A DNA stretch of 64,000 nucleotides. Source: Octopus bimaculoides. Its lineage: Eukaryota. The DNA lies in assembly GCF_001194135.2 (NCBI RefSeq), contig NC_069002.1, positions 27,770,968 through 27,834,967 on the forward strand, given 5' to 3'. The notes beneath the pieces were generated by a model, which made no database searches, was not told the origin of the DNA, and was given only the letters and a program-made list of their open reading frames with translations. The translations under genes were made by a program, and so were the position numbers. Positions 13,275-26,359 of this stretch are shown here, piece by piece. How positions within the stretch are numbered: the first letter of the stretch is position 1; each line of letters opens with the position of its first letter.

Positions 13275-13545
13275 TCATCATCGTCATTTAACGTCCGCTT
13301 TCCATGCTAGCATGGGTTGGACGATTTGACTGAGGACTGGTGAAACCGGATGGCAACACCAGGCTCCAATCCAATTTGGCAGAGTTTCTACAGCTGGATG
13401 CCCTTCCTAACGCCAACCACTCAGAGAGTGTAGTGGGTGCTTTTACGTGTCACCCGCACGAAAACGGCCACGCTCGAAATGGTGTCTTTTATGTGCCACC
13501 CACACAAGAGCCAGTCCAGGGGCACTGGCAACGATCTCGCTCAAA
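13275..13545 (-). mobile_element. RTE LINE 3' tail (5'-truncated), representative of about 25 copies
   Basis: Consensus ...ggttggcgttaggaagggcatccagctgtagaaactctgcc...ccatgctagcatggaaagcggacgttaaacgatgatg. Other copies near 3830-4335, 12320-12510, 16600-16760, 17155-17350, 18475-18810, 24037-24180, 28405-28610, 45985-46130, 48988-49440, 51100-51520, 55855-56085, 56975-57330 and 60260-60735. Confidence 0.85.
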
Positions 13546-13766
13546 TTTTCTAATTAACTTAACCAAAACAATTAAGAAATGAAAATTAATAAGCTGTCAA
13601 TTTACTTCTAAAAGATCTACATCATTTAACCAGTGACTATCAGTCTGGGGACAAGGAAGTGAAGGAAGTATTAACTACAAAATGCACTTTTAGCAAAATA
13701 ATAAATATTCCGTGTGACTTTATTGCCACTATTTGTTAACATTTACACAAAATGAGGAAAACTTAC

Positions 13767-14010
13767 AGTTTTTTGAACAATGGTCATTCCACAATTGTCT
13801 AGTTCTTCATCTTTGTTTGCAGGATTTTTCATAGGAACTGCACTAGCAAGGTTAACGATGGTGTTTGATATTGCCACAACAATTGAACTGTAAAGGCAAC
13901 CTAAAGTGACGATGGTGATTTTTTCGAGTTGCCGTGGAGTTAATGGCTCCAGCACTGGTAGACTAAAGGCTCGCCATACAATTAGCACATCATTTAGCAG
14001 GGATGGATAG
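13767..14010 (-). CDS. UBR4: UBR4 exon 6 (SYPSLLNDVLIVWRAFSLPVLEPLTPRQLEKITIVTLGCLYS...MTIVQKT)
   Basis: Acceptor ctttttcag, donor gtaagt, 244 nt. SLPVLEPL is identical to recalled human UBR4. Confidence 0.95.
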
Positions 14011-14535
14011 CTGAAAAAGATAGCATAAAATCAAGAAGGGTTTCTTTTTTTTTTTCAGTAATTTTTTTTTAACTCTCTAGCATTTAACCCTTTAGTATTC
14101 ACATTACTCTTTTACTTTTTTTTTTTTTTTACTTGTTTCAGTCATTTGACTGCGGCCATGCTGGAGCACCGCCTTTAGTCGAGCAAATCGACCCCAGGAC
14201 TTATTCTTTGTAAGCCTAGTACTTATTCTATCGGTCACTTTTGCCAAACCGCTAAGTTACGGGGACATAAACACACCAGCATCGGTTGTCAAGCAATGGT
14301 GGGGGGACAAACACATTCATACAAACACACATACATATATATACACATATATACGACGGGCTTCTTTCAGTTTCCGTCTACCAAATCCACTTACAAGGCT
14401 TTGGTCAACCCGAGGCTAGCGCAGAAGACACTTGCCCAAGGTGCCACACAGTGGGACTGAACCCGGAACCCTGTGGTTGGTAAGCAAGCTACTTACCACA
14501 CAGCCACTCCTGCGCCTGTTGAAAGTAATGCTTAT

Positions 14536-15137
14536 TTATTACCTCCACCTTAGCAAAGATGGAGGTATTGTTTTCAGTAGTGTTTGTTTGTCTGTGGACA
14601 AAATATCTCAAGAACCACTGGATGAACTTGAACGAAACTTTCAGGGATGTTTGGCCTCATGACTAACACAAACTGATTAGATTTTGGGATCGATATGGTA
14701 CCAGACAAGGATTCTGGATTATTTTTCCTGTTTTTTTTTTTTACTTAATTTTCGAGAGCGGTCAGGTTCATTTTTAGTATTCTAGTTTGTGAGAGCAATC
14801 AAGTTTATTTCAAATATTGTCATTTTCTTTTTTTTTCCCCTACTCTAGGCACAATGCCCAAAATTTTTCGGGAGGAGACCAGTCGATTAGATTGACTCCA
14901 ATACATAACTGGTACTTAATTTATCGACCCTGAAAGGATGAAAGGTAAAGTTAATCTTGGCAGAATTTGAGCTCAGAACGTAAAGACAGACGAAATACCG
15001 CTAAGCATTTCACCCAGCATGCTAACATTTCTGCGAGCTTACCGCCTTCAGATATTTAAAAAATCCTCTCTGACTAATCGTTCAGAGGACGTTGGTGTTG
15101 CCTTGGTGGAGGTTTGCACTCTCTGGGTGCTCTTGTT
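14536..15137 (+). mobile_element. Helentron/DINE-1-like non-autonomous element (HINE) with an inserted SINE D
   Basis: 5' subTIR acctccacc (14541-49) with nearby inverted atggaggt; 3' subTIR ggtggaggt (15105-13) followed by stem-loop gcactctctgggtgc. Confidence 0.7.
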
Positions 15138-15609
15138 CACATTATTTTGAATTAATCATGCATTATCTTGTAGCTTTGAAATTTTGATGGGGCAACTATT
15201 AGTTTTTAGAAGGATTTTGTAAGGCTGGTGTAAGAGGTTAGATCTGGACATTTGAACATAAAAACAAGTTGAATATTTTGGCCAGATATGGTTGGTTTAA
15301 ATGCTAAAGGGTTAAACTGGCCATATCCAGCCAAGATATTCTACTGGTTTTATGTTCAAACTGACTAGATCCAGCCTTTCCCACCTACCCTGCAATCTCA
15401 TTTTAAGAATGAAACAATCACATAATTGAAATCTTGAAGCTACAAGATGATTGATTAATTCAAAACAATGCACTGTCTGTTTTGGCATGGATTTTACAGC
15501 CGGATACTCTTCCTGACGCCAACCACTTCACAGAGTGGACTGGGTGCTTTTAACGTGGCACCAGCACTGGATGTTGAAATAAACCGAATATAAAAGAATG
15601 TGCACCTAC

Positions 15610-15991
15610 CTATTTCTAGCTGTAAGAGCTTCAGATAATGTGAGAGGTAGGACAAAGGAAGTGCTACTGATAGCCTCCCTACACCGGTGAATATAACGGG
15701 CAAGTAGTGGTAGATGAGAGCAAACATCCACAAGTATTTCACTACCATTGAGTTGAAGAAGGTTGGACAGGTTTTTTTTGGCAAATAATAGCTGCACTTC
15801 TTCCAGAGAATCTGCAACATGGACAATAGTGGTGTCACCATCAGAATTTAGAGTCTCAACGGGAACCTCAGACTTTGAAATGTGACTTGAAAATGGGGTT
15901 ACTTCCTCGAGGACAGAGGTTAATTGGTCAAAAATATTCTGTCCAAAATCTAGCCTGGGTCTCTTGCTTTCTTTTGGTTCAGGTTCTTCTT
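15610..15991 (-). CDS. UBR4: UBR4 exon 5 (EEEPEPKESKRPRLDFGQNIFDQLTS...LPLTLSEALTARN)
   Basis: Acceptor tactttcag, donor gtaggt, 382 nt open, phase 1 to 2. C-terminal half resembles recalled LGGSEKLLRVCLNLPYFLRYINRFQDAV...PATVADATAVRN. Confidence 0.93.
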
Positions 15992-17427
15992 CTGAAAGTA
16001 AAGAAAAGAAAAATTAAATAATGATTGAAACAAAGCAAGAACACGTGAAATGGAGATTGAGGTACAATTGACAGAATTAACCCCAGTAAATGACTGGTAC
16101 TTATTTTATCAAACAGAAAATATTATTATTATTACTACTATCATTAGGTGTGAGGGCGCAGGGCCTAGCAGTTAACAAATCATTTGTGCAGGTCATTCGG
16201 CAAAAAGGCTGAACTCTCATCTTCAATGGGAGAGTCCATTATTATTATTAGGGCAGCACGTCAGGCAAAATACTTAGCATTTTGTTTTACATTCTGAGTT
16301 CAAATACCACAGAGGTCTACTTTGCCTGTCGTTCTTTTGGGGTTGATGAAATAAGTATCAAAGGAGCACTGGGGTCAAGGTAATCAACTGGACCTCTTCC
16401 CAAAAATTTCTAGCCTTGTGCCTATAGGAGAAAGAGGTCATGGTTTCAATTCCTAGACCAGGTGTTGTGTTGTGTTCTTGAGGGAAACTCTTCATCTCAT
16501 GTTGCTCTGCAATCACTTCAGTACCTAACATGTGGTACACCATGCACTGTAGACTTAATGAAGGGAGTGAGCTAACGTACGGCACAGGCATTTGATCATC
16601 ATCATCATCATCATCATCGTTTAACGTCCGCCTTCCATGCTAGCATGGGTTGGACGATTTGACTGAGGACTGGTGAAACCGGATGGCAACACCAGGCTCC
16701 AATCTGATTTGGCAGAGTTTCTACAGCTGGATGCCCTTCCTAACGCCAACCACTCAGAGAGGTCGTTCATCAAAAGCTGGACACTCATACATCGCCTTCA
16801 ACAGGAGAGTCCATCATCATCATCATTAAAGGTAGCAGGCTGGGAAAACCGTTAGCATACTAGATGAAATGCTTAGCGACATTTCATCATTCGTTCTGTT
16901 CCAAGTGCAAATTCTAAGGTAGACTTTGTCTTTCATCCTTTCGGGATCAATAAAGTATGTACAAGTTGAACACTGAGATTGAAGTAATCAACTTACCCCT
17001 ACCCCTAACATTGCTGGCCTTGTGTCAATATTTGAAACTATTATCATTATTATTGTTATGGCAGCCAGCTGGCAGAATCATTAGGCAAAAATTTTAAAGA
17101 ATAATAATTATTATTATCATTATCTTGATGTTGTATCTCAAAAACTGTTATCTTTATCATCATTTTACGTCCATTTCCCAAGCTGGCATGGGTTGGACAG
17201 TTTGACAGGAGATGGCAAGCCGGAGAGCTGCACCAGGCTCCAATTGTCTGTTTTGGCAAGGTTTCTATGGCTGGATGCCTTTCCTAATGCCAACTGCTTT
17301 AAAGAGTGTACTGGGTGCTTTTTACATGGAACCAGCACAGGTGCTTTTTGATGGAAAGAGTGACCTAACGTGCAGCACAAACATTCAATGACAATAAATC
17401 ATCTGCACAGGTTGTCCCAGCATTGAT

Positions 17428-17680
17428 GCTTTTTACGTGGCACCAGAGCGGGTGCTTTTTAAGCGGCACCAGAGCGGGTGCTTTTTACGTGGCACCAGAG
17501 TGGGTGCTTTTTACGTGGCACCAGAGCGGGTGCTTTTTACGCGGCACCAGAGCGGCTGCTTTTTACGCGGCACCACAGTGGGTGCTTTTTACGCAGCACC
17601 AACACAGGTTTTTTTTATGTAGAACCAGCACAGGTGCTTTTTGTGTAGAACCAACACAGGTGCGTTTTACATGGCACCAA
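17428..17680 (-). repeat. Minisatellite of about 24-bp units (tgctttttacgtggcaccagagcggg)
   Basis: About 9-10 tandem units; reverse complement of the motif in the 3110 array. Confidence 0.9.
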
Positions 17681-18036
17681 TATTTGTGACACTTTGTAAC
17701 ACTTAAAATCACCTCTTAATCTACATTATTTACCACTAGAAAGTGTATTCAACAAATAACACTTCAAGAAAAACATGAAAATACATAATTTAATGTAACA
17801 GAAATGACTAAGGAATATTTCTTCTTTGTAAATGTGATGTAGGGTAATAATATAAGCAAGAATCATTGAGGAACCTAAAGAAGAACAAGCTATGAAGTAA
17901 AACTATTCAGATGACTTAAGAATAAGAAATAAAAATGATAGAATATTTCTTATTCCAATGCTTTGTGATGAAACACTACTCAAAAAAATAACTACCAAAA
18001 AATTTAGTAATTTTGGAGATAAACAGATGCACAAAC

Positions 18037-18166
18037 CTGAAGAAGATTCTGTGATGTGATCAGGGGTTGTTGCTGACTTGAGAAGTGCTGTGAATGTCAC
18101 AATGTCTTGTTTGAGGAGGCTACCTGTGCCTTCACACAAACCTTTGATTAAGATCATGATATATTT
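18037..18166 (-). CDS. UBR4: UBR4 exon 4 (KYIMILIKGLCEGTGSLLKQDIVTFTALLKSATTPDHITESSS)
   Basis: Acceptor ctattccag, donor gtttgt, 130 nt. Matches recalled KHLILLIKGLCTGCSRLDRTEIITFTAMMKSA. Confidence 0.94.
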
Positions 18167-19829
18167 CTGGAATAGAACGAAATAGAGATTTATTTATTTT
18201 TTTCATATTTCCACTTTTAATGTTGGAAAAATTAAATATTCTAAATGTTTCTTAAGATTCATAGATTAATCAAGTTTACTGTATTTCTTACACCTTTTAA
18301 ATTTCATCAAATTAAAAAGGTCTTTATATGTATATAGCAATGTTACATTTACAAATAATGGTAAGACAGAACGAAGTGCAACTGATGCTTTACCTAACAC
18401 AAATAAGATGGAGGTAACAGCAACAAAAGAGAGGGCAATTTCAAGAGTGAGCAATGTTCAATATAGAATTGCTTTTATCATTCAACATCCATTTTCCATG
18501 CCAGCATGGGTTAGACGGTTTGACAGGAGCTAATAAGCTGGATAGCTGTCCAGGCTGGCTCCAATTATCTATTTTGGCATGGTCTCTACATCTGGATGCT
18601 CTTCATAATACCAACCACTTTATACAGTATGCTGGGTGCTTTATATATATATGGCGTTAGGAAGGGCATCCAGCTGTAGAAACTCTGCCAAATCAGACTG
18701 GAGCCTGGTGTTGCCATCCGGTTTCACCAGTCCTCAGTCAAATCGTCCAACCCATGCTAGCATGGAAAGCGGACGTTAAACGATGATGATGATGATGATG
18801 ATGATGCTATATATATATATATATATATAAGTTTAGTAAATGGAGTAAAACGCATATCGTTTAACGTCCGCTTTCCATGCTGTGTTAACTGAATACTTTT
18901 ATTTCCAACATATGTTTCGAAGATTACAAATTACACCTTCCATAGGAATAGGTCATGTTGATAAGAATGCACACACACGCAGATGTTTACATTCTGCATC
19001 TTCACATGAAAGTGCTGAACACAAAAAAAATGTAACATTTTGTTGGTATTTCCTGTTAAATTGTTCTATGATTGCTCTACAATTTTGTAAACAAATGGAA
19101 TGAAAAATTCATATCTTGGAAAACAAATAAGGGTTAACAACAGGAAATGTATCCAGCTGTAAAACATTATCTAAAATACGTATTCATCCAACCCATGCTA
19201 ACATGGAAAAATGGATGCAAAACCAATGAATGATACAAACACACATACACATATAGGAAGAGTTCAATTTTTAAAAAGATAACATAAATACATACACACA
19301 CACACACACACACGCACATGCATATCTACATATACATGTCTGTGTGCATAGGTATATATGTGCACATATACACATATTCATGTGCATGTATGTCTATCTT
19401 CTTTCACTCGTTAGACTGCAGCCATGCTGGGTCACCACCTTGAGGGATTTAGTCAAACAAATAGACACCAGTACTTATTATTTTTTAAAATCTGATACTT
19501 ATTTTATTTGTCTCCTTAGCCAAACCACTAAATTACAGGGATGTAAACAAACCAACGCCAGTTGTCAAGTAATGGAGGGACAAACACAAACATATATTTT
19601 TTTCTGTCTCTCTATATCTAGTTGTCCTTGAATGTTTGAGGATCTGGGGAAATGGCAGTCTACATGAGCGATAAGATTTAATTTGTGTAGCTGGTAATGT
19701 GTAACAGTTTGCCTGCAGGCAAACTGCCCTACAAACCTTTTTAATTACTGAATTGCCCCCCATCCACTCACCCAGTTCCATACTTGCTCTTTCCACCCCA
19801 TCCACATCCTTACAGCAGCCATAGTCAAT

Positions 19830-22320
19830 ATAGGTCTAGTGAGATTGTTGAAATGCGAGAATGGAAGTGTGTAAATGTGTACTGCATGCAAAAAGATGGA
19901 GGAGAAACTCAACCAGACTCCTTACAGGCAAATAACACACACACACAGAGATATACATATATAAAATCTTCTGCGAAGGCAATAATAGCGATAGGGTAGG
20001 GAGTGTGGACATACATTCAGCAGGGAAATAGGTGGATAAAAGTGATTGAGGTAGTCAGAGTGTGTGTTAGGACAGGGGTTTTCAAACTGTGGTCCGCAAG
20101 GACAAGACAGGGGGTCCGTAGACAGCAAATACTTTTTATGGGCAATTTGATTTTATATATGTTATTTAATCGAAATCTTTTAATTGACAATAAACCTATT
20201 TGTTAAATACTGTTAAATAAATAAATGTAAAAATATATGTTATTTTAAGCAAATATTTATGTATAAATTTCATAAGCGTTTATAAGGGGGTTCTAAGGTA
20301 AAGCCTGAAATATAAAGGGGTCCGCAAGTCAAAAAGTTTGAAAACCCCTGTGTTAGGATATTTAGACTTGTCTTGGAAAATACAATAGCAACTATCATTT
20401 CTGCCTATGCGCCTCAATTGGGGCTGTCGGATAAATAAAAGGATTGATCTTATAAAGCTTTTTTGCAGACTACTTTATCTTCATGACAGTAACCTTATCT
20501 TCATGGTTGATGACCTCAAAGGACATGTTGAGCAGCATCTTGGTGGCTTTTGCAGTATGCGTGGAGGTTTTGGATTCGGTTCCCGAAATAAGGACAGAAC
20601 AAGGCTCTTTGAGTTTTGTAATGCAAATGACCTAATGATCTGCAGCCCTAACTTCAAGAAACCAGCCAGTCATCTCATCACGTATCAACGTGGTGGTGAG
20701 ACAAGCCAGATTGACTACATTCTTACCAGAAACCAGGATAGACAGATACTCATAAATGCAAAGTCCTTCCCAGGTGAAGAATGTACTGCCCAACATAGGT
20801 TAGTCATTAGTGACTTTAGACTTAGGGTAAGAAAGACCCAGAGAGTCTTTCTTACCAATTTGGAAAAAGGTATGGAAACTCAAAAGATCCATTGAACAGT
20901 CAATGATTTAGAAAGGTTTTATCTGAAGCATTTGACACAGAGGAAGAGCTAGAGACTTATAACATAGAGCACAACTTGAAGATTTTAAGGAACAACCTAC
21001 TGAAGACTGCAGAACAAGGATGATACAGTGGTGAAACAGTGAAGTAGAAAGAGATATAAAAGAAAAGAAACAGGCTTGGAAAGATTGGAAGCATAGGAGT
21101 AGCAGAGAACTAAAACAGGTGGCTGGGAAGAGAAGCTAGGTATACTTAACAAGAGGCATAAAGGAAGAGGTTTGCCAAGTCTTCTGGAAAGAGAGAAGTG
21201 TATCAGGATTGATGATGGTACATTTGCATTTAGTGGACATGGGAGTGCTACTAAATATGGAGAATGCATAAGAAAAGAAATCTTTCTAATGTAGACCCAA
21301 CAAAAGGACCAGCTATCCTTGCTGAGAGCAGTATGATAAAAAAAGATCAATTAAAAATATGAAGACAGGGAAAACCTCTGGTCCATCAGGAATTACCTCC
21401 AAGATGCTTAAAATATCTGGCAGTTTAGGATACAGCCTAGTCACCTGTATAGATAATCAGTTTGTCCAGGAAGGTATCACAGCCAAAGACTGGTGCAGCA
21501 GCATTATAATGAACCGTTACAAAGGTAAAGGAGATGCTTTAGACAGAAGTAACAACAGAAGTATCAAATTACTGGACCAGATCATGAAGTTTACAGAAAG
21601 AGCTTATAGCTCAACTAATTAGGAAGAGAGTCAGCCTAGATACGATGCAGTTTGGTTTTGTGCCAGAGAGAAGCAGTACTGATGCTATCCTCCCAGTAAG
21701 GCAACTGCAAAAGAATTTAGCCAAAAATAAAATGTTGTACTTGGTATATGTTGGCATGGAAAAGCTTTTAACAGCATCCCTTGCTGCCTCATCTGGTGGT
21801 TGTTATGGAAGTTGGAGGTAGATGATGGTTGGTAAAAGCTGTCCAAGGTACATTCTAGGGGTGATGACAGTAAGGTGAAAGTTAACAACTATAGGAACAA
21901 ATTAAGTGTGCATGTAGGAATTCACCAAGGCTTGGTTCTCAGTCCCCTCTTATTTATCATAGTCCTCCAGGTCATAACAGAGGAGTTTAAGACTGGTTGC
22001 CCATGGGAACTCTTTCAATGTTGATGACCCATGTTCTTAGGACAGAAACTATTGTAAAATTAGGAAAAAATTCCAGGTTTAGAAGTAAAGCTGGAATCAA
22101 AGTTAACTTAGAAAAGAGTCCTAAGTTCTAGTAATCAGGAGAGCAGACAAATCACTAATCCCTGCAGAAAAATGGCCCTTCTTGCTATGTAGAAATTTCA
22201 TATGGTGTATCCAGTGCAAACTGTGGACACACAAGAGTGCTACTGGAAAGTTAACAGATAAAGTAGACTGTGTGTGGCAGATGCACAGGAGCAATGAACA
22301 CTAAGAACACACAGGCCTTG
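19830..22320 (+). mobile_element. Degenerate RTE-clade LINE (AP endonuclease + RT + Cys-rich region), interrupted by a hAT MITE
   Basis: Frameshifted motifs TIISAYAPQ, SQIDYILTR, QHRLVISDF and GPSGITSKMLK; RT region HQG.VLSPLLFIIVLQ near 21920-21970. Confidence 0.9.
20073..20350. mobile_element. hAT-type MITE, 278 bp
   Basis: Perfect 16-bp TIR caggggttttcaaact and perfect 8-bp TSD tgttagga (20065-72 and 20351-58). Confidence 0.93.
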
Positions 22321-22339
22321 GAATGAACACTAAGAACAC

Positions 22340-23130
22340 ACCCTCAAATATCCAACAGAAGATGATTGGTAATTTGCTCTGTTCAAGAGACCCATCCAAA
22401 GGAAATTGAGGCCCCAAAAGCATATCATTTGTGTTTATGCACCCTATCTCGATGTATCTCTCCCCTCCAACACATCTTCCTAACACTCACCCCCATCACT
22501 CAACTGACCCTAGCACTATTCACTGAGCTGCTGAAATTATGAGAGCAAAACTGCACAAATTTCTTCCCCCTGCCATTCATGCTCCCTAAAACCCACTTCC
22601 TTTGTCTCCCACATTCGTAGTATCATCTCTCAGCATCTGATTTCCCAAGGAACTCCCATTTTCCTCCTGTATATTCCCCCCACCATTTTGCCAATGGCAA
22701 CTCCCACACCATCTTTATTTCTCTCTCACCATTTCCACTCCTATGAACCTCTGACCCTGGCCCTCGCACTGGGCATCTCTCATATCCCACCCTCACACAC
22801 ACTTCGCATCATCTATGCTGCTACCTATTAACTCCTCAACCCACTCCTACCTCTCACCTCCCCCCCCCCCNNNNNNNNNNNNNNNNNNNNNNNNNNNNNN
22901 NNNNNNNNNNNNNNNNNNNNNNNNNNNNNGGTATTCAATCAGCCACACTCCTTTCACACTCTAGCAAACTTGCTTACTGACCCACTCACCCTATCCAATC
23001 CTCTTCCACCCCCACCCCCCAGTTCTCTTGCTATTCACCTCTCTGTTACTCGAGGGTATGACCTGACATCTCATCATCACCTTCTTCCAGCCCCTCTATT
23101 TTACTTCTTATCACTAGGAATTAAGTCACC
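22340..23130 (+). mobile_element. Possible Penelope-like (GIY-YIG C-terminus) remnant with CT-rich downstream region
   Basis: LFKRPIQRKLRPQKHIICVYAP loosely resembles the recalled PLE endonuclease ending RKxxEQxLIFxLGTLxP. Confidence 0.35.
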
Positions 23131-24253
23131 TCCCTCACTAACACACTCCCTCAGTTGCGAGTTACTTTGCAACCTCACAAGTGGCAGTGCCGTAAAGTAC
23201 CCAGTACACTCTGTGAAGCAGTCGGCATTAGGGAGGGCATCCAAATGTAGCAACTATACGAAAACAGATATTAGGGCTTGGCGCAGTCTTCTGGCTTACC
23301 AAATCATGCCAGTATGGAAAACAGAACATTAAATGATTACACACACATAACACATACGTGTGTGTGTGTGTGAGTGTGTGTGTGTGTCTTTTATTTTTTA
23401 TTTATTTCAGTCGTTAGACAGTGGCTATGCTGGGGCACCACCTTCAAGAATTTTTTTTTTTTTTGTTAGTCGAATGGATTGACGCCAGTACTTATGTTTT
23501 TTTAAAGCCTGGTACTTATTCTATCATTCTTTTTTGCTAAACTGCTAAGTTACAGGGATGTAAACACATCAACACCAGTTGTCAAGCAGTGGTGGGACAC
23601 ACACACACACACACACACGCGCGCGACAGACTTCTTTCAGTTTCCGTTTACCAAATCCACTTACAAGGCTTTGGCTGGCCTGAAGCTATAATAGAAGACA
23701 CTTGCTCAAGGTACCACACACTGGACTGAACCTGGAACCATGTGATTGGAAAGCCTACACACACACATATACATAGTCCAACGCATACCAGTACAGAAGA
23801 CAGGTGTTAAAAGATGACATACATGCAAGCTCACGCACACACACAAACAAACTTAAGGCACAGTGAAACCAAACTGGAAAAGCATAGAGTTGAGAAGCAA
23901 ACTTTGTCCACTCTTCAAAAACATTTTGTTTCAGTCCAATACTACTATTTTGTATATGCATATCTGCTCCATCTACACACACAAAATCATCAATAGCCTA
24001 GCTAAGCTAACATAATTTCTTTATTTCAAATTTTTCTGGCATCCAGCTGTAGAAACTCTGCCAAATCAGATTGGAGCCTGGTGTCGCCTCCTGGTCCACC
24101 AGCCCTCAGTCAAATCGTCCAACCTATGCTAGCATGGAAAGCGGACGTTAAACAACAACAATGATGATGATGATGATACAGATTTTTATTTGCATTCTTG
24201 CACACAACCAAAAAAAACAGAGTTTAAAAAATGCAAATTGCATCATATCTTAC

Positions 24254-24357
24254 CTGTGAAATAGTACAATTGGTACTGTGTTTTTGTAATCTGTTCACAA
24301 GGAAAGCCAATAAAACTTTTGTCGCAGATATGACACATGGTAAATTAACCTTTGTAA
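24254..24357 (-). CDS. UBR4: UBR4 exon 3 (VTKVNLPCVISATKVLLAFLVNRLQKHSTNCTISQ)
   Basis: Acceptor tgtttcag, donor gtaaga, 104 nt, phase 1 to 0. Aligns with recalled QLQSVAAACKVLIEFSLLRL...CAVSQ. Confidence 0.92.
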
Positions 24358-24787
24358 CTGAAACAAAAAAAACATGGAAAAGATCTTTCATATTTTCATA
24401 ACACCAGATTTGTTAATATGAAATGTTTATCAATTTAAAACAAAAAAAAAAAACAACTAATAGAGACTCAAAATACATTTCTCTGTCTACCATTGTGTAA
24501 GTTTATGACAGGAGGCGGAATGGTGACCTTGTTTGAACAATTGACTGTAAAAAATTATGTTGAATGATTCATATTATGAATGACGCAGCATAATATTCCA
24601 TAGTCATTTGTATACCTAAAGGTGTGTGTGTGTGTGTGTAGAAGTACTGATCATTTAATGTAGATGGAACTTATGGCAGGAGAAGACCAAGGAAGACATG
24701 GGATGAAGTGGTGACGGCTGATCTCACAACTTTGAACTTCGCATACAAGTTGACAAAGGATCTGTCCACCTCAGTGAAACAGATTCT

Positions 24788-24830
<43 letters not shown>

Positions 24831-26017
24831 ATGCTCACATGCATGCAATTGGGCCGCTCACCCAATTTCCTTCTCAAAACATCTCCACTTGACACTTATC
24901 CAAGATACAGCACAGTGGAATTAAGTGAAACTGTGTAGCTGCAAAGTAAACTTCTTCTGTGGTCATGCCTGATTAAACGTGCACCAAAAAAACTCAAACA
25001 AAAGATTATTCTAACCCGAACAAGAAACATGGTTTATACGATGGTGATGCTTATATATAACTATTGCATAATGTTAAAACAAGGAGACATAAGCACTTGT
25101 ACACATACTCATTCACACAGAACCTTCATTCAGTTTCTGCCTAACAAATCCAAAGATTTGCTTAGCTCAGAGCTACAGATGGAGACACTTGCTTAAGGTG
25201 CCATTCAGTGAGGTTGAACTTGAAACCACATGGTTTGGAAGTGAACTTCTCTTAATGTTCACTGACAGCCCAGCAGGAGACATCTTGCTGCTGTACAAAT
25301 CTTCATAAAACTTAAGCAATGTTAGTAAAATGATATTTAATCAAAAGCAACTGGTTCTATAAATAGAATCAAGAATTTTCTTTCTCTCAGGATGTTAAAA
25401 TTATCGGGGAAAAAACAAAAAGTCTTAATTTTACTTCAGACAAACAGTAAGTTACTGTCTAACTCAAGGCAGTGCAGATCAAGAAACCCTAGTGATCTGT
25501 AGAACAGCTGTAATCTGCAGATCCAATGCACAAGATATACTTTGCTATTCCTCCCCGAGGACATCACTGCCATTGATGTGCAGTGACTGAACACATGGGA
25601 TGCAATGTAGCATTGTGGGAATGTTACATTTTCTTACCCAGCAAATCTGTTGCCCTATGGCTCTAGATTCTGGTGGTAGCCACACCTGAGGCAGTAATAT
25701 TATGACAAGAAAAAACACCATCTTCTTACTACAACTTAGAGATGAGACTTCAGAACCCCTATCGACAAAGAGATGCAACATGTAACCATCCAGCTTATGA
25801 AAGATAATTGGCGCTAATGCCATTCAACTTTACAACAGACATGAAAACAATTTTGTTAAATGCCTGAACTGGTGGATGCATGCATTCTTTTTATTTGAAT
25901 GTATTGGTGTGTACCATAAATATAGGATCACAAGAGGTGACAAGACACTAAGACCTGTCCAACTCAGGTTAGTACATAAAAATGGGAATTAAATAACAAT
26001 TGTAAGGAGTTACTTAC

Positions 26018-26115
26018 CGGAACCTGCATTTGCTCCCAAATAGTGAGCTGATAAGGCGACAAATGTTGAGTAAAAAGATTCATATTCTTCTGCATGATGG
26101 AGGATTTCATCTTCA
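26018..26115 (-). CDS. UBR4: UBR4 exon 2 (SEDEILHHAEEYESFYSTFVALSAHYLGANAGS)
   Basis: Acceptor tttttccag, donor gtaagt, 98 nt, phase 2 to 1. Matches recalled UBR4 ESEILHHEKQYEPFYSSFVALSTHY. Confidence 0.95.
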
Positions 26116-26359
26116 CTGGAAAAAAAAAAAGAAAATTCTTTTTAAAAACAAGCCAAAACTTATAAATTTATTGTGGAAAATTAAACACAATTCAAATATT
26201 GACCATAGTCAAAGATTATTGAAACACAAGTCAAATGAGACAAAACTTCAAAGCTGTTCTGTAACCTGATATTGATTGACAGTTAAGAAAGTAAAACAAA
26301 ATTGGCCTTTGATAAAATAAAAGCCTAAAGTATTTCTGACATACACTGATACAACTTTA

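Noticed and set aside
17428-17680. Regularly spaced repeats superficially like a CRISPR array
   Set aside because: Units are head-to-tail with no unique spacers, the context is eukaryotic intron, and there are no cas genes.
22292-22341. 20-bp direct repeat aatgaacactaagaacac at the RTE/Penelope-like junction
   Set aside because: Separated by only about 10 bp; a local slippage duplication rather than the TSD of a meaningful insert.
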